This document shows positions 10,149-20,017 of a DNA stretch of 64,000 bases, in pieces. The stretch is taken from the NCBI GenBank assembly GCA_045647355.1, contig JAZRMF010000005.1:13288-77287 (forward strand). The letters are read 5' to 3'. The notes beneath the pieces were generated by a model. The model was not told the DNA's origin. It searched no databases and saw only the letters and a list, made by a program, of their open reading frames with translations. Position 1 is the stretch's first letter, and every line of letters begins with the position of its first letter. The translations under genes were made by a program, and so were the position numbers. This stretch comes from Candidatus Enterousia sp. (GTDB lineage Bacteria; Pseudomonadota; Alphaproteobacteria; Rs-D84).

Positions 10149-11789
10149 ATGATGAAACGTAATTTATTTGGATTATTCGGAGTATCGATGGCCTGTTTCA
10201 TGATTGTCGGCGCCGGTTGTGCCGCTGAGCACAAGGATCTGTTGTATTCTTTTGATGTGCCTCTTGGTGCAGAATTCGATTATAATTCGGTATCGGCACA
10301 GTTACAAACCGAAGGCTTTATCAAGGATGACCAGTATCAAGCCATTAAAGCGAAGGCCAACGGTGCCTTACAGGCAGATGATTTTGCCACAACGTTATCA
10401 AGCAATGCTGCAACTATCAAAGATACAATTGCGACCGAAGGATATTTAAAGTCCGCTGACTTGGCAGGTTATGCAACGACCGAACAGTTAAATGGCAAGC
10501 TTAATACAAGCGACCTTGCAACAGAATTGGCTGAAACCGCAAATGCAAATGCAGTTAAAAATATAATTTCGGCAGATACCACTGTCGCGAAAACTTCTGA
10601 TTTAAGTGGTTATGCGGCATTATCGAGTGGCAAGATATCAACTGATGTATTGCCGGCGGGTACCGTTGTGGATTCTGAATACGCAACTGTTAAAACAAAT
10701 GCTGCGAACGCGTTAAAAACTTTACCCGAGAATGTTGTAACAACTGGAATAGGTGGTAAAATATCCGCGGATGTTATACCAACACTTACATCTGATAAAT
10801 TACCTGCCAACACGGTGATAGATGCAGACTATGCAACAGTTAAAACAAATGCTGCAAATGCCTTAAAAACTCTACCTGATAACGTTGTAACAACTGGAAC
10901 AGGAGGCAAAATATCTGCGGATGTTATTCCAACACTTACATCTGATAAGTTGCCGACAAACACGGTAATAGATGCAGACTATGCGACGGTTAAAACAAAT
11001 GCAACGAATGCGTTAAAAACTTTACCTGATAACGTTGTGACAACAACAGGTGGCAAGATATCCACTGATGTATTGCCGGCGGGCACCGTTGTGGATTCTG
11101 AATACGCAACTGTTAAAACAAATGCTGCGAACGCGTTAAAAACTTTACCCGAGAATGTTGTAACAACTGGAACAGGTGGTAAAATATCCGCGGATGTTAT
11201 ACCAACACTTACATCTGATAAATTACCTGCCAACACGGTGATAGATGCAGACTATGCGACGGTTCAGGCGGGTGCGGCAAAAGGCGCTACTGCTCTTCAA
11301 CAAGGAGCGTTGAATGGGTACGTTCAAACCACAAACTTGAAGACCGCAGTTGAAAATTCCGGGGCATTGAACAATTACGTAACGTCAAATGGTTTAACTG
11401 GTGCGGTGAATACAGCAATTTCCCAGAACAATACAATAGCAACCAAAGATGATTTGAAAGATTATGTTAGCAAAGATGGTTTTTCAGATGCTTTGAGTGA
11501 CGCAAATGTTGTAACAACTGGGTCAGGTGGAAATATAGCAACTGTTTTAAGTAACAATAATGTCATCACAACTAGTAATTTGGGTGATAATTTAGGTACT
11601 GCCGTTGAAGAAGCGGTTGCATCAGAAATACGAGAACAAGGCTTGGTTTCAACAACCAATATCGGCACTTGTGTAACAGACACCTCTTCGGAACGCGCGT
11701 CTACCACATGTACAGGAGCAATGGCGACAATATTTAATCAATTAAAATCCGCCATTAACGCTGCTGCTACAGGAAAACAGCAACAGTAG
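10149..11789 (+). CDS. Secreted fibre-like tandem-repeat protein
   Basis: Start re-called at ATG 10149 after AAAGGA RBS; signal peptide; 41-50-aa repeats GKISxDVxP...YATVKTNAANALKTLP. Confidence 0.8.
   Translation: MMKRNLFGLFGVSMACFMIVGAGCAAEHKDLLYSFDVPLGAEFDYNSVSAQLQTEGFIKDDQYQAIKAKANGALQADDFATTLSSNAATIKDTIATEGYLKSADLAGYATTEQLNGKLNTSDLATELAETANANAVKNIISADTTVAKTSDLSGYAALSSGKISTDVLPAGTVVDSEYATVKTNAANALKTLPENVVTTGIGGKISADVIPTLTSDKLPANTVIDADYATVKTNAANALKTLPDNVVTTGTGGKISADVIPTLTSDKLPTNTVIDADYATVKTNATNALKTLPDNVVTTTGGKISTDVLPAGTVVDSEYATVKTNAANALKTLPENVVTTGTGGKISADVIPTLTSDKLPANTVIDADYATVQAGAAKGATALQQGALNGYVQTTNLKTAVENSGALNNYVTSNGLTGAVNTAISQNNTIATKDDLKDYVSKDGFSDALSDANVVTTGSGGNIATVLSNNNVITTSNLGDNLGTAVEEAVASEIREQGLVSTTNIGTCVTDTSSERASTTCTGAMATIFNQLKSAINAAATGKQQQ
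10628..11263 (+). repeat. Intragenic tandem repeat, units A-B-B-A-B' (about 123-150 bp), containing a near-identical ~205-bp duplication at 423-bp offset
   Basis: 10628-10834 vs 11051-11257 differ at only about 3 positions by eye. Confidence 0.9.
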
Positions 11790-11799
11790 ATATATAAAC

Positions 11800-11829
11800 A
11801 AAAACACCAGGTAATTACCTGGTGTTTTT
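11800..11829. terminator. Bidirectional intrinsic terminator (perfect 30-bp palindrome)
   Basis: AAAAACACCAGGTAA|TTACCTGGTGTTTTT between convergent genes. Confidence 0.85.
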
Positions 11830-11869
11830 TATATTTCCCCGGCGTTTGCCGGGATAATGTATTCTCAAC

Positions 11870-12289
11870 TTATTCTGTTGTGGCAGCGAAACTTTTAAGC
11901 ATTTCCATTACCGCCGCGCGTTGTTTATCAGATGTCAATTTCCAATACAGACGTATTAATTCTAAACTTTCGGTACGAACCAATGGGTCATCATCGGTTG
12001 GTTGATGCGCGTTGCGACGCGAACGTGTCGCCTTGGTTTCGTCCGGCATATTCCCTGGCAGACCAACAAAGAAAAATGATACCGGTGTTTGCAACGCCAG
12101 CCCTATTTCAAATAATCGTGAGGCAGATATGCGATTGTCCGCGCTTTCATATTTTTGAATTTGTTGAAACGTAACGCCACATGTGCGCGCCAAATCTTTT
12201 AAAGACACGCCCATCATCGTGCGGCGCAACTGCAGCCGATGCCCAATATGTTGGTCTATTGCGTTTGACGTCATCTTTTTGCCTGCCAT
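11870..12289 (-). CDS. XRE/Cro-C1 family HTH transcriptional regulator (alphaproteobacterial type)
   Basis: IDQHIGHRLQLRR...GVTFQQIQKYESADNRISASRL. Confidence 0.9.
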   Translation of the reverse strand: MAGKKMTSNAIDQHIGHRLQLRRTMMGVSLKDLARTCGVTFQQIQKYESADNRISASRLFEIGLALQTPVSFFFVGLPGNMPDETKATRSRRNAHQPTDDDPLVRTESLELIRLYWKLTSDKQRAAVMEMLKSFAATTE

Positions 12290-12423
12290 GCTTTCCCCTT
12301 TTTTGTTTTTTCAAAGGACGTTCTTCCTATGTAATTTTTATACTATTTTTCTTTTTGCTTTGCAATTAAAAAAGCCATGTGTTATTGTGTGTGCGACATA
12401 AATGTAAAAATGGAGAAAAAGAT

Positions 12424-13896
12424 ATGGGAAAACCTGTGGTTTTGTGTATTTTGGATGGTGTCGGTGTACGTGCAGAACGTGCGCATAACGCGGTACAATT
12501 GGCAAAAATGCCTTTTTTTAATAAACTGATAAAACAATATCCAAATTCGCTTTTACGTGCATCGGGAACCGCTGTGGGGTTGCCAGGCAATTTGATGGGT
12601 AATTCTGAGGTTGGACATATCTGTATCGGCGCTGGGCGTGTTGTCATGCAATATTTGTTACGGTTTGCACGCGAAGATTGGTCAAAGAATAAACCACTGA
12701 ACAAATTTATTGCCGATGTAAAACGTGATGGCGGTATTGTGCATTTTGCGGGTTTAATGTCAGATGGTCGTGTGCATTCGGACGTGCGTGACGAAATGAA
12801 AATTGCAAAGTATATTTTGGATTCGGGTCTGCGTGTGTGTATTCACTTTATCGGCGACGGACGTGACACGCCACCAAAGTCCGCCATGAAATATGTGCGT
12901 ACAATTAAACGTATATTGGCGCCATACTTTGCAAATGGAAACGCGTTTTTTGGGACGTTGTCGGGGCGGTATTGGACAATGGACCGCAACAAGAATATGG
13001 ATCGTACGGAATTGGCGTTTAACGCATTGGCGCGGGCGAAATCTGAACAGACCGCGGATTCGATTGAAGATGCAATCAAAGAATCATATGCCGCGGGCGT
13101 GACAGACGAATTCTTTAAACCAATCGTGATTAAACCGACACCAATTACAAAACGCGATGGGTTTATATTCGGTAATTACCGCAGTGACCGCGCACGTCAA
13201 ATTGTGCGTGCAATGTTGGATACAGGTGCACATATGTTGTGCTTTTCACAATATGGCGAAGGATTAAATGAAAAATGCCCTGCACTGTTGTCTGATATTC
13301 CAGTAAATAATACTTTGGGAGATGTTATTGCGGCGGCCGGACTTTCCCAGTTACGTATTGCCGAAACTGAAAAGTATAATCATGTGACATATTTCATGGA
13401 TGCCGAACGTACCGTCGATTTCAATGGCGAAGAAAAAGTGCTGATAGATTCACCGACCGTTGCGACATTTGACATGAAACCAGAAATGTCTGCCAATGAG
13501 ATTACGGCGGCATTGTTACCACGGTTGCCGAAATTCGATGTGGTTTTGATGAACTTTGCCAATGGCGATATGGTCGGTCATACCGGAAATGAAAAAGCCA
13601 CAATAAAAGCGATGGAATGTTTGGATAAACAACTGTCACAGATTGTGCCGGCGGTATTGAAACTGGGTGGTCAGATACTGATTATCGCCGACCACGGCAA
13701 TGCCGAAACCATGTGGGATGATAAAAACAATACCCCATGGACCGCACATACGAATAACAAAGTGCGCGCGATTATGGTATCTGAACCCGCGGTCAAGAAA
13801 ATCAAAAATGGTGGTCTGGCCGACGTTGCACCGACAATATTGAAAATGTTGGGAGTAAAACAACCAACCGATATGACAGGAAAAGCGTTAATTTAA
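12424..13896 (+). CDS. gpmI: 2,3-bisphosphoglycerate-independent phosphoglycerate mutase
   Basis: LCILDGVG, MGNSEVGH, DGRDTPP, AETEKYNHVTYF, NGDMVGHTG, IIADHGNAE; start re-called at 12424. Confidence 0.95.
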   Translation: MGKPVVLCILDGVGVRAERAHNAVQLAKMPFFNKLIKQYPNSLLRASGTAVGLPGNLMGNSEVGHICIGAGRVVMQYLLRFAREDWSKNKPLNKFIADVKRDGGIVHFAGLMSDGRVHSDVRDEMKIAKYILDSGLRVCIHFIGDGRDTPPKSAMKYVRTIKRILAPYFANGNAFFGTLSGRYWTMDRNKNMDRTELAFNALARAKSEQTADSIEDAIKESYAAGVTDEFFKPIVIKPTPITKRDGFIFGNYRSDRARQIVRAMLDTGAHMLCFSQYGEGLNEKCPALLSDIPVNNTLGDVIAAAGLSQLRIAETEKYNHVTYFMDAERTVDFNGEEKVLIDSPTVATFDMKPEMSANEITAALLPRLPKFDVVLMNFANGDMVGHTGNEKATIKAMECLDKQLSQIVPAVLKLGGQILIIADHGNAETMWDDKNNTPWTAHTNNKVRAIMVSEPAVKKIKNGGLADVAPTILKMLGVKQPTDMTGKALI

Positions 13897-13906
13897 GCGA
13901 TAGTGG

Positions 13907-14794
13907 TTATTTGCGACGCACATGCCCGTTTGTTGTTAACAATTGTGTGCGCATGTTATCCAAAGTTTTATTTGCACGTATTCTGTATAAAATTTCACCG
14001 ATATTTTTATCCAGGTATTGTTCTATCAGCAATTTGTCCTGTTCTTCCGCTAGGAATTCTGGTTGATATTCATCAACCAGGCAGCTAATCCGCCCAAATT
14101 TATGACTGTCTATGAGTATATGTTTTTGTACGTCGTAATCCATGGTTACCGGTGTAATCCCCGTGACAACCACCCTGTCACAATCCCCAAAATTACTTTT
14201 TGATTTTGTTCTTTTGGTTTTTGGAAAAGATTTTGCTTTACGTTTTGTGGTCAGGTTATACAACACATGAAAGTATGGTCCAACCAATTCTTCGGGTTCT
14301 TGACATCTCTGCATTTCTTGGCGAGTTCCCAATATATCTTGCAAAACAGGATCGCTGTATTCGTCTTCGTCGTCATCTTCTTCTTGGGGCCAAACAAAAT
14401 CTGCCATATCATATACACGCTGGACCAAGATATTATCACCACGTTTGATTTTAAATGGCATGTCCTGATCATCAATTAAAACAGGAAATTCACCAAAACG
14501 ATATCCAAAAACGCTGAATTTGGTTGTATATGGATTATCCACTTTGGTTATCGCGGTATAGTCTACGGTGGCAATATCTGTATTAAGGTATTTATAATGT
14601 TCTTCTACTGGATTTAAATCATCGTCAGTATAGGTGCCAATCGCAAGGTCTCGTTTCGAAAAGATAGTTTTGGTCCATACATCGTATTCTTCTTTATCGT
14701 CGCATCCATCAACAGGCATAATTACATAATTGAAACGCCCCGGGCATTTGGCTACAGGAAATTTCTTGGTAATAATCCATCTGTTTTTTAACAT
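13907..14794 (-). CDS. Hypothetical protein with an internally repeated beta-rich domain
   Basis: About 295-aa ORF; YRFGEFPVLIDD..GDNILVQ resembles HKFGRISCLVDE..QDKLLIE; start uncertain. Confidence 0.6.
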   Translation of the reverse strand: MLKNRWIITKKFPVAKCPGRFNYVIMPVDGCDDKEEYDVWTKTIFSKRDLAIGTYTDDDLNPVEEHYKYLNTDIATVDYTAITKVDNPYTTKFSVFGYRFGEFPVLIDDQDMPFKIKRGDNILVQRVYDMADFVWPQEEDDDEDEYSDPVLQDILGTRQEMQRCQEPEELVGPYFHVLYNLTTKRKAKSFPKTKRTKSKSNFGDCDRVVVTGITPVTMDYDVQKHILIDSHKFGRISCLVDEYQPEFLAEEQDKLLIEQYLDKNIGEILYRIRANKTLDNMRTQLLTTNGHVRRK

Positions 14795-14848
14795 TTTGCG
14801 ACATCTCAAATTATTTTCCGAAAAATATTAATACAAAAAATAATAAAG

Positions 14849-15301
14849 TCAAACGGTTTGTGTTCTGCGTTGTTTAAAAAAATCACGCAATAGCTTTGCA
14901 GATTCATCTGCGTATTCGGGCAATTGCACTATGTTTGGGCGCCACAGGTGTCGGTCTGTATCAAACACACGCGCGTTCGATGTTATTCCACCACCCTTTT
15001 CATCCACCGCCGCGAAATAAATATTACGAATACGTGCAAATGAAATTGCTGTTGCGCACATTGCACACGGTTCCAATGATACATATATATCGCAATCATC
15101 CAGAAATTTTGTTCCCAGTTTCTTGCACGCGCGGTTTATTGCGACAATTTCCGCGTGCAGAGTTGGGTTTTGCCGCCGTTGAACCAGGTTTTCACCCCGC
15201 GCGATAATTTTGCCGTCACGAACTATAACCGCCCCGATTGGAACATCGCCATTTTCGCCGGCGCGGTGCGCCAAATTTAAAACTTGCGTCATTATATTCA
15301 T
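14849..15301 (-). CDS. tadA: tRNA adenosine(34) deaminase TadA family
   Basis: DVPIGAVIV, HAE, LEPCAMC, LLRDFFKQRR; start re-called at 15301. Confidence 0.88.
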   Translation of the reverse strand: MNIMTQVLNLAHRAGENGDVPIGAVIVRDGKIIARGENLVQRRQNPTLHAEIVAINRACKKLGTKFLDDCDIYVSLEPCAMCATAISFARIRNIYFAAVDEKGGGITSNARVFDTDRHLWRPNIVQLPEYADESAKLLRDFFKQRRTQTV

Positions 15302-15337
15302 GGATGTAAAATTACTATCATGATTTCGAATTTGCAA
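15284..15337. promoter_or_regulatory. Bidirectional overlapping sigma70 promoters for leaderless tadA and rsmD
   Basis: + strand: TTGCGT-N17-TAAAAT-N7-ATG(15320); - strand: TTGCAA-N17-TAATTT-N7-ATG(15301). Confidence 0.7.
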
Positions 15338-15886
15338 GTTATTTCTGGGGAATATCGTGGGCGAAAGCTATGTTTGCCTGATGGGGCACGTCCAACACAA
15401 AACCTGGCACGTGGTGCGATATTTAACATGTTGGCAGAAATATTATTGGAACCGTACCAGAAATTAAACGTATGGGATGCCTTTGCAGGTAGTGGTGCAT
15501 TAGGCATAGAGGTATTATCGCGTTATCAGAATTCAACGGCCATATTTACCGATATATCAGATGCGTCACTGCGGGCATTAAAGGCCAATTTGGATGGTAT
15601 CAAAGTAGATTGGGCGCGGTACAAGGTGGACAAAAGCGATGCGGCAACACGTATCTGGAAATACGGTCCGCGTGTTAATTTGGTATTTGTGGACCCTCCA
15701 TACGAAAACGCACAAACGGGGATAGATTTTATTGAAAAATTGGCGGATAGTATGGCACATGGCGCAATAGTAGTTCAAGAAATCGAAAAGATTGTGCCCT
15801 ATTCCCCCAATACAACAAAATGGGATATTCTGCGTGATAAAACTTATGGTCGCGCGCGTTTCTTGATTTTACGCAGGAAACCTTAA
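15320..15886 (+). CDS. rsmD: 16S rRNA m2G966 methyltransferase RsmD
   Basis: VISGEYRGRKL, RPT, DAFAGSGALGIE, FVDPPY, KTYG. Confidence 0.92.
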   Translation: MISNLQVISGEYRGRKLCLPDGARPTQNLARGAIFNMLAEILLEPYQKLNVWDAFAGSGALGIEVLSRYQNSTAIFTDISDASLRALKANLDGIKVDWARYKVDKSDAATRIWKYGPRVNLVFVDPPYENAQTGIDFIEKLADSMAHGAIVVQEIEKIVPYSPNTTKWDILRDKTYGRARFLILRRKP

Positions 15887-15986
15887 TAAATTACTTGATT
15901 TTTTATTTGTTTTGATACATAATATGCCGCGCACAACACCCTTGGAGGTTGTGTAAAACTTAAATTGCAAATAAAAAGGATAAAAA

Positions 15987-16613
15987 ATGGCAATTGAATT
16001 AAACGCAGAAATTCGCAATGTTGCTGGCAAGGGGGCCGCACGTGCAATTCGTAATAATAAAAACATCCCCGCCGTTATCTATGGTGAAAAGAAAGACCCT
16101 GTCGCGATTGAAATCTCTGGTCGTGACTTTGCACCGATTGTTCAGATTCCGGCATTACGAACAAAATTATTCCATATTACAACTAAAAACGGCAAAGAAG
16201 ACGCTATGTTGATGGATATTCAATATCATCCAGTGTCTGACAAAATCATTCACGTTGATTTTAAACGTATTGATGTTGCAAAGCCTGTATGCGTATCCGT
16301 TCCAGTTGAAGTTATCAATGCTGACACTTCCAAGGGCTTGAAACTTGGTGGTGTTTTGAACTTCGCGGTACGTAAAGTTGCATTGGTTGCATTGGTTGAT
16401 AAATTACCAGAAAAAATCATCTTGGATTTGCAAGATTTGAATATCGGTGACACTGTTCACGGTTCTGACCTTGTATTGCCAGATGGCGTATCTTTGGGCC
16501 TGCACCAGGCAGAATTGGCGTTCGCCACAATCGGTGGTAAAATGCCAGAAGAAGCCGATGCCAAGAAAGCGGCGGCGCCTGCTGCTGCGGCCGCGGCTCC
16601 TGCAAAGAAATAA
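15987..16613 (+). CDS. rplY: 50S ribosomal protein L25/Ctc
   Basis: GKGAARAIR, IPAVIYG, QYHPVSDKIIHVDF, GLKLGGVL. Confidence 0.96.
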   Translation: MAIELNAEIRNVAGKGAARAIRNNKNIPAVIYGEKKDPVAIEISGRDFAPIVQIPALRTKLFHITTKNGKEDAMLMDIQYHPVSDKIIHVDFKRIDVAKPVCVSVPVEVINADTSKGLKLGGVLNFAVRKVALVALVDKLPEKIILDLQDLNIGDTVHGSDLVLPDGVSLGLHQAELAFATIGGKMPEEADAKKAAAPAAAAAAPAKK

Positions 16614-16717
16614 TTGTTGGTGTAAGTGGCTAGTATTAGTGATTAGTAAAACCGGATGCGGACGCGTCCGGTTTTCATTTTTCTAATACCCACTAACACT
16701 AACCACTATCACTAATT
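16614..16717 (+). terminator. Terminator hairpin extended by inverted short (6-7 nt) repeats
   Basis: AAAACCGGA..TCCGGTTTT core flanked by TAGTG/TTAG-rich left arm and CACTAA/CACTAT-rich right arm. Confidence 0.7.
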
Positions 16718-16731
16718 TTTATTCCTATGGC

Positions 16732-16759
16732 CTTGAAAAGGTATTTGGGCTAACTATAT
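16732..16759 (+). promoter_or_regulatory. RpoH-like (sigma32) promoter of dnaK
   Basis: CTTGAA-N15-ACTATAT resembles the alphaproteobacterial RpoH consensus CTTGAA-N15/16-CCTATAT. Confidence 0.5.
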
Positions 16760-16796
16760 TTGTGTCATACAAGAAGAATAAATAGGAGTGAAAATT

Positions 16797-18695
16797 ATGT
16801 CAAAAGTATTAGGTATTGATTTGGGTACAACCAATTCCGCCATGGCCTTTATGGATGGTAGCGATCCAAAAATTATTGAAAATGCCGAAGGTGGCCGCAC
16901 GACACCGTCTGTGGTGGCAATCACATCTGGGGGCGAACAGTTGGTCGGTGTCACCGCCAAGAACCAGGCCGTTACCAACCCGGAAAACACAATATATGAA
17001 ATTAAACGTTTGATGGGGTTGCGCTTTGATAGCCCGGCCGTCAAAGAAATTATGGGCCGTGTTCCGTATAAAATCGTTGCCGGCGATAATGGCGATGCAT
17101 GGGTCGAAATTGATGGTAAAAAGTATGCACCTTCACAGATTTCTGCTATGATTTTGGCAAAGTTAAAGAAAGATGCCGAAAATTACCTTGGTGAAACAGT
17201 GAATGATGCGGTTATCACCGTGCCGGCGTATTTTAATGACTCCCAACGCCAGGCAACCAAGGATGCCGGTCGTATCGCGGGTTTGAACGTATTACGTATT
17301 GTTAACGAACCAACCGCCGCCGCATTGGCCTACGGTTTGGATAAAAATAAAGATGGCACGATTATCGTTTACGACCTTGGTGGTGGTACATTTGATGTGT
17401 CTGTATTGGAAATCGTCGATGGCGTATTCGAAGTAAAATCAACAAACGGTGATACGGCATTGGGCGGTTCTGACTTTGATGCACGCGTTTTGAAATACTT
17501 AATTGATGAATTCAAATCACAAACAGGTATCGATTTATCAAATGACAAATTGGCATTACAACGTTTGAAAGAAGCCGCCGAAAAGGCAAAAATCGAATTG
17601 TCGTCCAAGACTTCGACCGATATCAACCTGCCCTTCCTTACCGCCGATGCGTCGGGTCCAAAACATTTCAACACAACGTTGACACGTGCAAAGTTGGAAT
17701 CTTTGGTTGACGATTTGATTGAACGCACCATTGAACCATGCCGCAAAGCGCTGAAAGATGCGGGTATTGAAAAATCTCAAATCAACGAAGTTATTTTGGT
17801 CGGTGGCCAAACCCGTATGCCAAAGGTTGTTGAAACGGTTAAAGAATTCTTTGGTCGCGAACCACACAAGGGTGTTAACCCGGACGAAGTTGTCGCAATG
17901 GGTGCTGCAATCCAAGGTGGTGTATTAAAGGGCGATGTCAAAGATGTTCTGTTGTTGGATGTTACCCCATTGTCATTGGGTATTGAAACATTGGGTGGTG
18001 TGTTCACGCGCCTTATTGACCGCAACACAACAATACCGACCAAGAAATCACAAGTGTTTAGTACCGCCGAAGACAATCAATCGGCCGTGACCATCCGCGT
18101 ATTCCAAGGCGAACGTGACATGGCAGCGGATAACAAATTGCTGGGTCAATTTAATTTGGAAGGTATCGCACCTGCACCGCGCGGAATGCCACAAATTGAA
18201 GTGTCTTTTGATATCGATGCGAACGGTATCGTTCATGTGTCGGCCAAAGATAAAGGCACCGGTAAAGAACAGGCGATTTCAATTAAATCTGATGGCGGAC
18301 TGTCCGAAGACGAAATCAAGCGTATGGTTGATGAAGCCGCCGCCAATGCCGAAACCGACAAGAAAAAACGCGAATTGGCCGAGGCAAGAAACACGGCAGA
18401 ATCCGCAGTAAACGGTATTGAAAAGTCATTAAAAGAACATGGTGACAAGGTTAGTGCCGCCGACCGCGATGCAATCGAAGCTGCCAAGAAGGAACTGGCC
18501 GATGAATTGGCGAAATCTGATGCAACCGCGGAAAGCTTAAAAGCAAAAACCGACGCGTTAACCGAAAAAGCCATGAAACTGGGCGAAGCGGTTTACAAAG
18601 CACAACAAGAAGCGCAAAATGCCGCTGGTGCAAACGCGGAATCGTCTGAAAACAAATCAGATGGCACACGTGATGCAGACTTTTCGGAAAAATAA
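16797..18695 (+). CDS. dnaK: Chaperone DnaK
   Basis: [37 protein letters not shown]; AGGAG RBS. Confidence 0.99.
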   Translation: MSKVLGIDLGTTNSAMAFMDGSDPKIIENAEGGRTTPSVVAITSGGEQLVGVTAKNQAVTNPENTIYEIKRLMGLRFDSPAVKEIMGRVPYKIVAGDNGDAWVEIDGKKYAPSQISAMILAKLKKDAENYLGETVNDAVITVPAYFNDSQRQATKDAGRIAGLNVLRIVNEPTAAALAYGLDKNKDGTIIVYDLGGGTFDVSVLEIVDGVFEVKSTNGDTALGGSDFDARVLKYLIDEFKSQTGIDLSNDKLALQRLKEAAEKAKIELSSKTSTDINLPFLTADASGPKHFNTTLTRAKLESLVDDLIERTIEPCRKALKDAGIEKSQINEVILVGGQTRMPKVVETVKEFFGREPHKGVNPDEVVAMGAAIQGGVLKGDVKDVLLLDVTPLSLGIETLGGVFTRLIDRNTTIPTKKSQVFSTAEDNQSAVTIRVFQGERDMAADNKLLGQFNLEGIAPAPRGMPQIEVSFDIDANGIVHVSAKDKGTGKEQAISIKSDGGLSEDEIKRMVDEAAANAETDKKKRELAEARNTAESAVNGIEKSLKEHGDKVSAADRDAIEAAKKELADELAKSDATAESLKAKTDALTEKAMKLGEAVYKAQQEAQNAAGANAESSENKSDGTRDADFSEK

Positions 18696-18713
18696 GTAAA
18701 TAACGATAATAAC

Positions 18714-18739
18714 ATGCGGGGCATCTGCCCCGCATTTTT
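18714..18739. terminator. Intrinsic terminator between dnaK and gdh
   Basis: ATGCGGGGCA-TC-TGCCCCGCAT-TTTT. Confidence 0.85.
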
Positions 18740-18763
18740 ATTTGAATAAAAAATCAAAATTGA

Positions 18764-20017
18764 TTAACACCAACCGCGCAATTTCATTGCCGTGGCCACG
18801 CGTTTAATTGAATACATATATGCGGCTTCACGCATTGAAACATTGTATTCAGTTTTGATTTTATATATTGCATCAAATGCGGTCGTCATGGCGATACGTT
18901 CTTTGTCGGCAACCTCTGCTTCGCCCCAGTAATAACCATAGCGGTTTTGCACCCATTCAAAGTACGAAACGGTTACACCACCGGCATTTGCCAAGATGTC
19001 CGGCACCACCATAACACCGTTCTTTAACAGTATTTCTTCGCCATCCAATGTGGTTGGGCCGTTGGCACCTTCGACCACCAATTTAGTTTTTATCAATGGT
19101 GCAGTGTCTTTATTAATAGTGTTTTCCATCGCGCATGGCGACAACACATCTACATCCAAAGCCCAGAATTCATCGGCACCAATTACGGTTGCATTTGGAA
19201 AATCTTTGATACTGCCATTATTCTTGTTTTTATATTCCATTAATGCGTCAATATCCAATCCGTCCGCATTGAACAGAATTGTGTTCCATTCAGCGATTGC
19301 AACAATTTTTGCACCCATGTCATGCGAACATTTGGCGGTAAAACTACCCACGTTACCAAAGCCTTGAATTGCAATTTTTGCACCACGCATATCTTTGCCC
19401 ATTGTCTTTAATGCAGATGCGATTGTAATAGAAATTCCCAAACCTGTTGCCGCCGTACGCCCCAACGAACCGTTTAATTCAACTGGTTTGCCCGTAAACG
19501 TACCGAAAGAATTATAGCCTGACAATTTAATGTATTCATCTATCATCCAAGACATAATTTGACCGTTTGTATTAACGTCTGGGGCCGGAACATCAGATTT
19601 TTCACCAAGTATTGGATAAATTGCATCAACATATCCGCGCGACAGGCGTTCCAATTCACCGGTTGATAATTCTTTTGGGTCAACGATAATACCGCCCTTG
19701 CCGCCCCCATATGGCAGGCCCGTTACCGCACATTTAAATGTCATCCATATTGAAAGTGCGGAAACTTCGTCACGCGACACCATCGGGTGGAAACGAATAC
19801 CGCCCTTGGATGGCCCCAAGGCCGTGTTATGCTGAGCCCGGAACCCAGTAAATGTTTTAATTGAACCATCGTCCATCTTGACTGGTATTTGAACCTCGAT
19901 AATACGCGCGGGGTTCTTTAAAATTTCATAAACATTTTTATCCATTCCTAATTTGTCGCATGCGGCTTTTACACGTGCCTGGGCGGCAATTAATGGATTT
20001 GTGTTTTCATTTGACAT
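18764..20017 (-). CDS. gdhA: Glutamate dehydrogenase (Glu/Leu/Phe/Val dehydrogenase family)
   Basis: GPSKGGIRFHP, GGGKGG, DVPAPDVNT, QGFGNVG, EGANGPTT, ANAGGVTVSYFEWVQN. Confidence 0.95.
   Translation of the reverse strand: MSNENTNPLIAAQARVKAACDKLGMDKNVYEILKNPARIIEVQIPVKMDDGSIKTFTGFRAQHNTALGPSKGGIRFHPMVSRDEVSALSIWMTFKCAVTGLPYGGGKGGIIVDPKELSTGELERLSRGYVDAIYPILGEKSDVPAPDVNTNGQIMSWMIDEYIKLSGYNSFGTFTGKPVELNGSLGRTAATGLGISITIASALKTMGKDMRGAKIAIQGFGNVGSFTAKCSHDMGAKIVAIAEWNTILFNADGLDIDALMEYKNKNNGSIKDFPNATVIGADEFWALDVDVLSPCAMENTINKDTAPLIKTKLVVEGANGPTTLDGEEILLKNGVMVVPDILANAGGVTVSYFEWVQNRYGYYWGEAEVADKERIAMTTAFDAIYKIKTEYNVSMREAAYMYSIKRVATAMKLRGWC

Noticed and set aside
10628-11263. Possible CRISPR array or DGR template/variable repeat pair
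   Set aside because: Repeats are in-frame coding units without unique spacers; the few mismatches are not an adenine-specific pattern; no cas or reverse transcriptase gene in the window.
6426-11789. Prophage tail-fibre module or trimeric autotransporters
   Set aside because: All carry Sec signal peptides; no capsid, tail or terminase genes; no C-terminal beta-barrel anchor.
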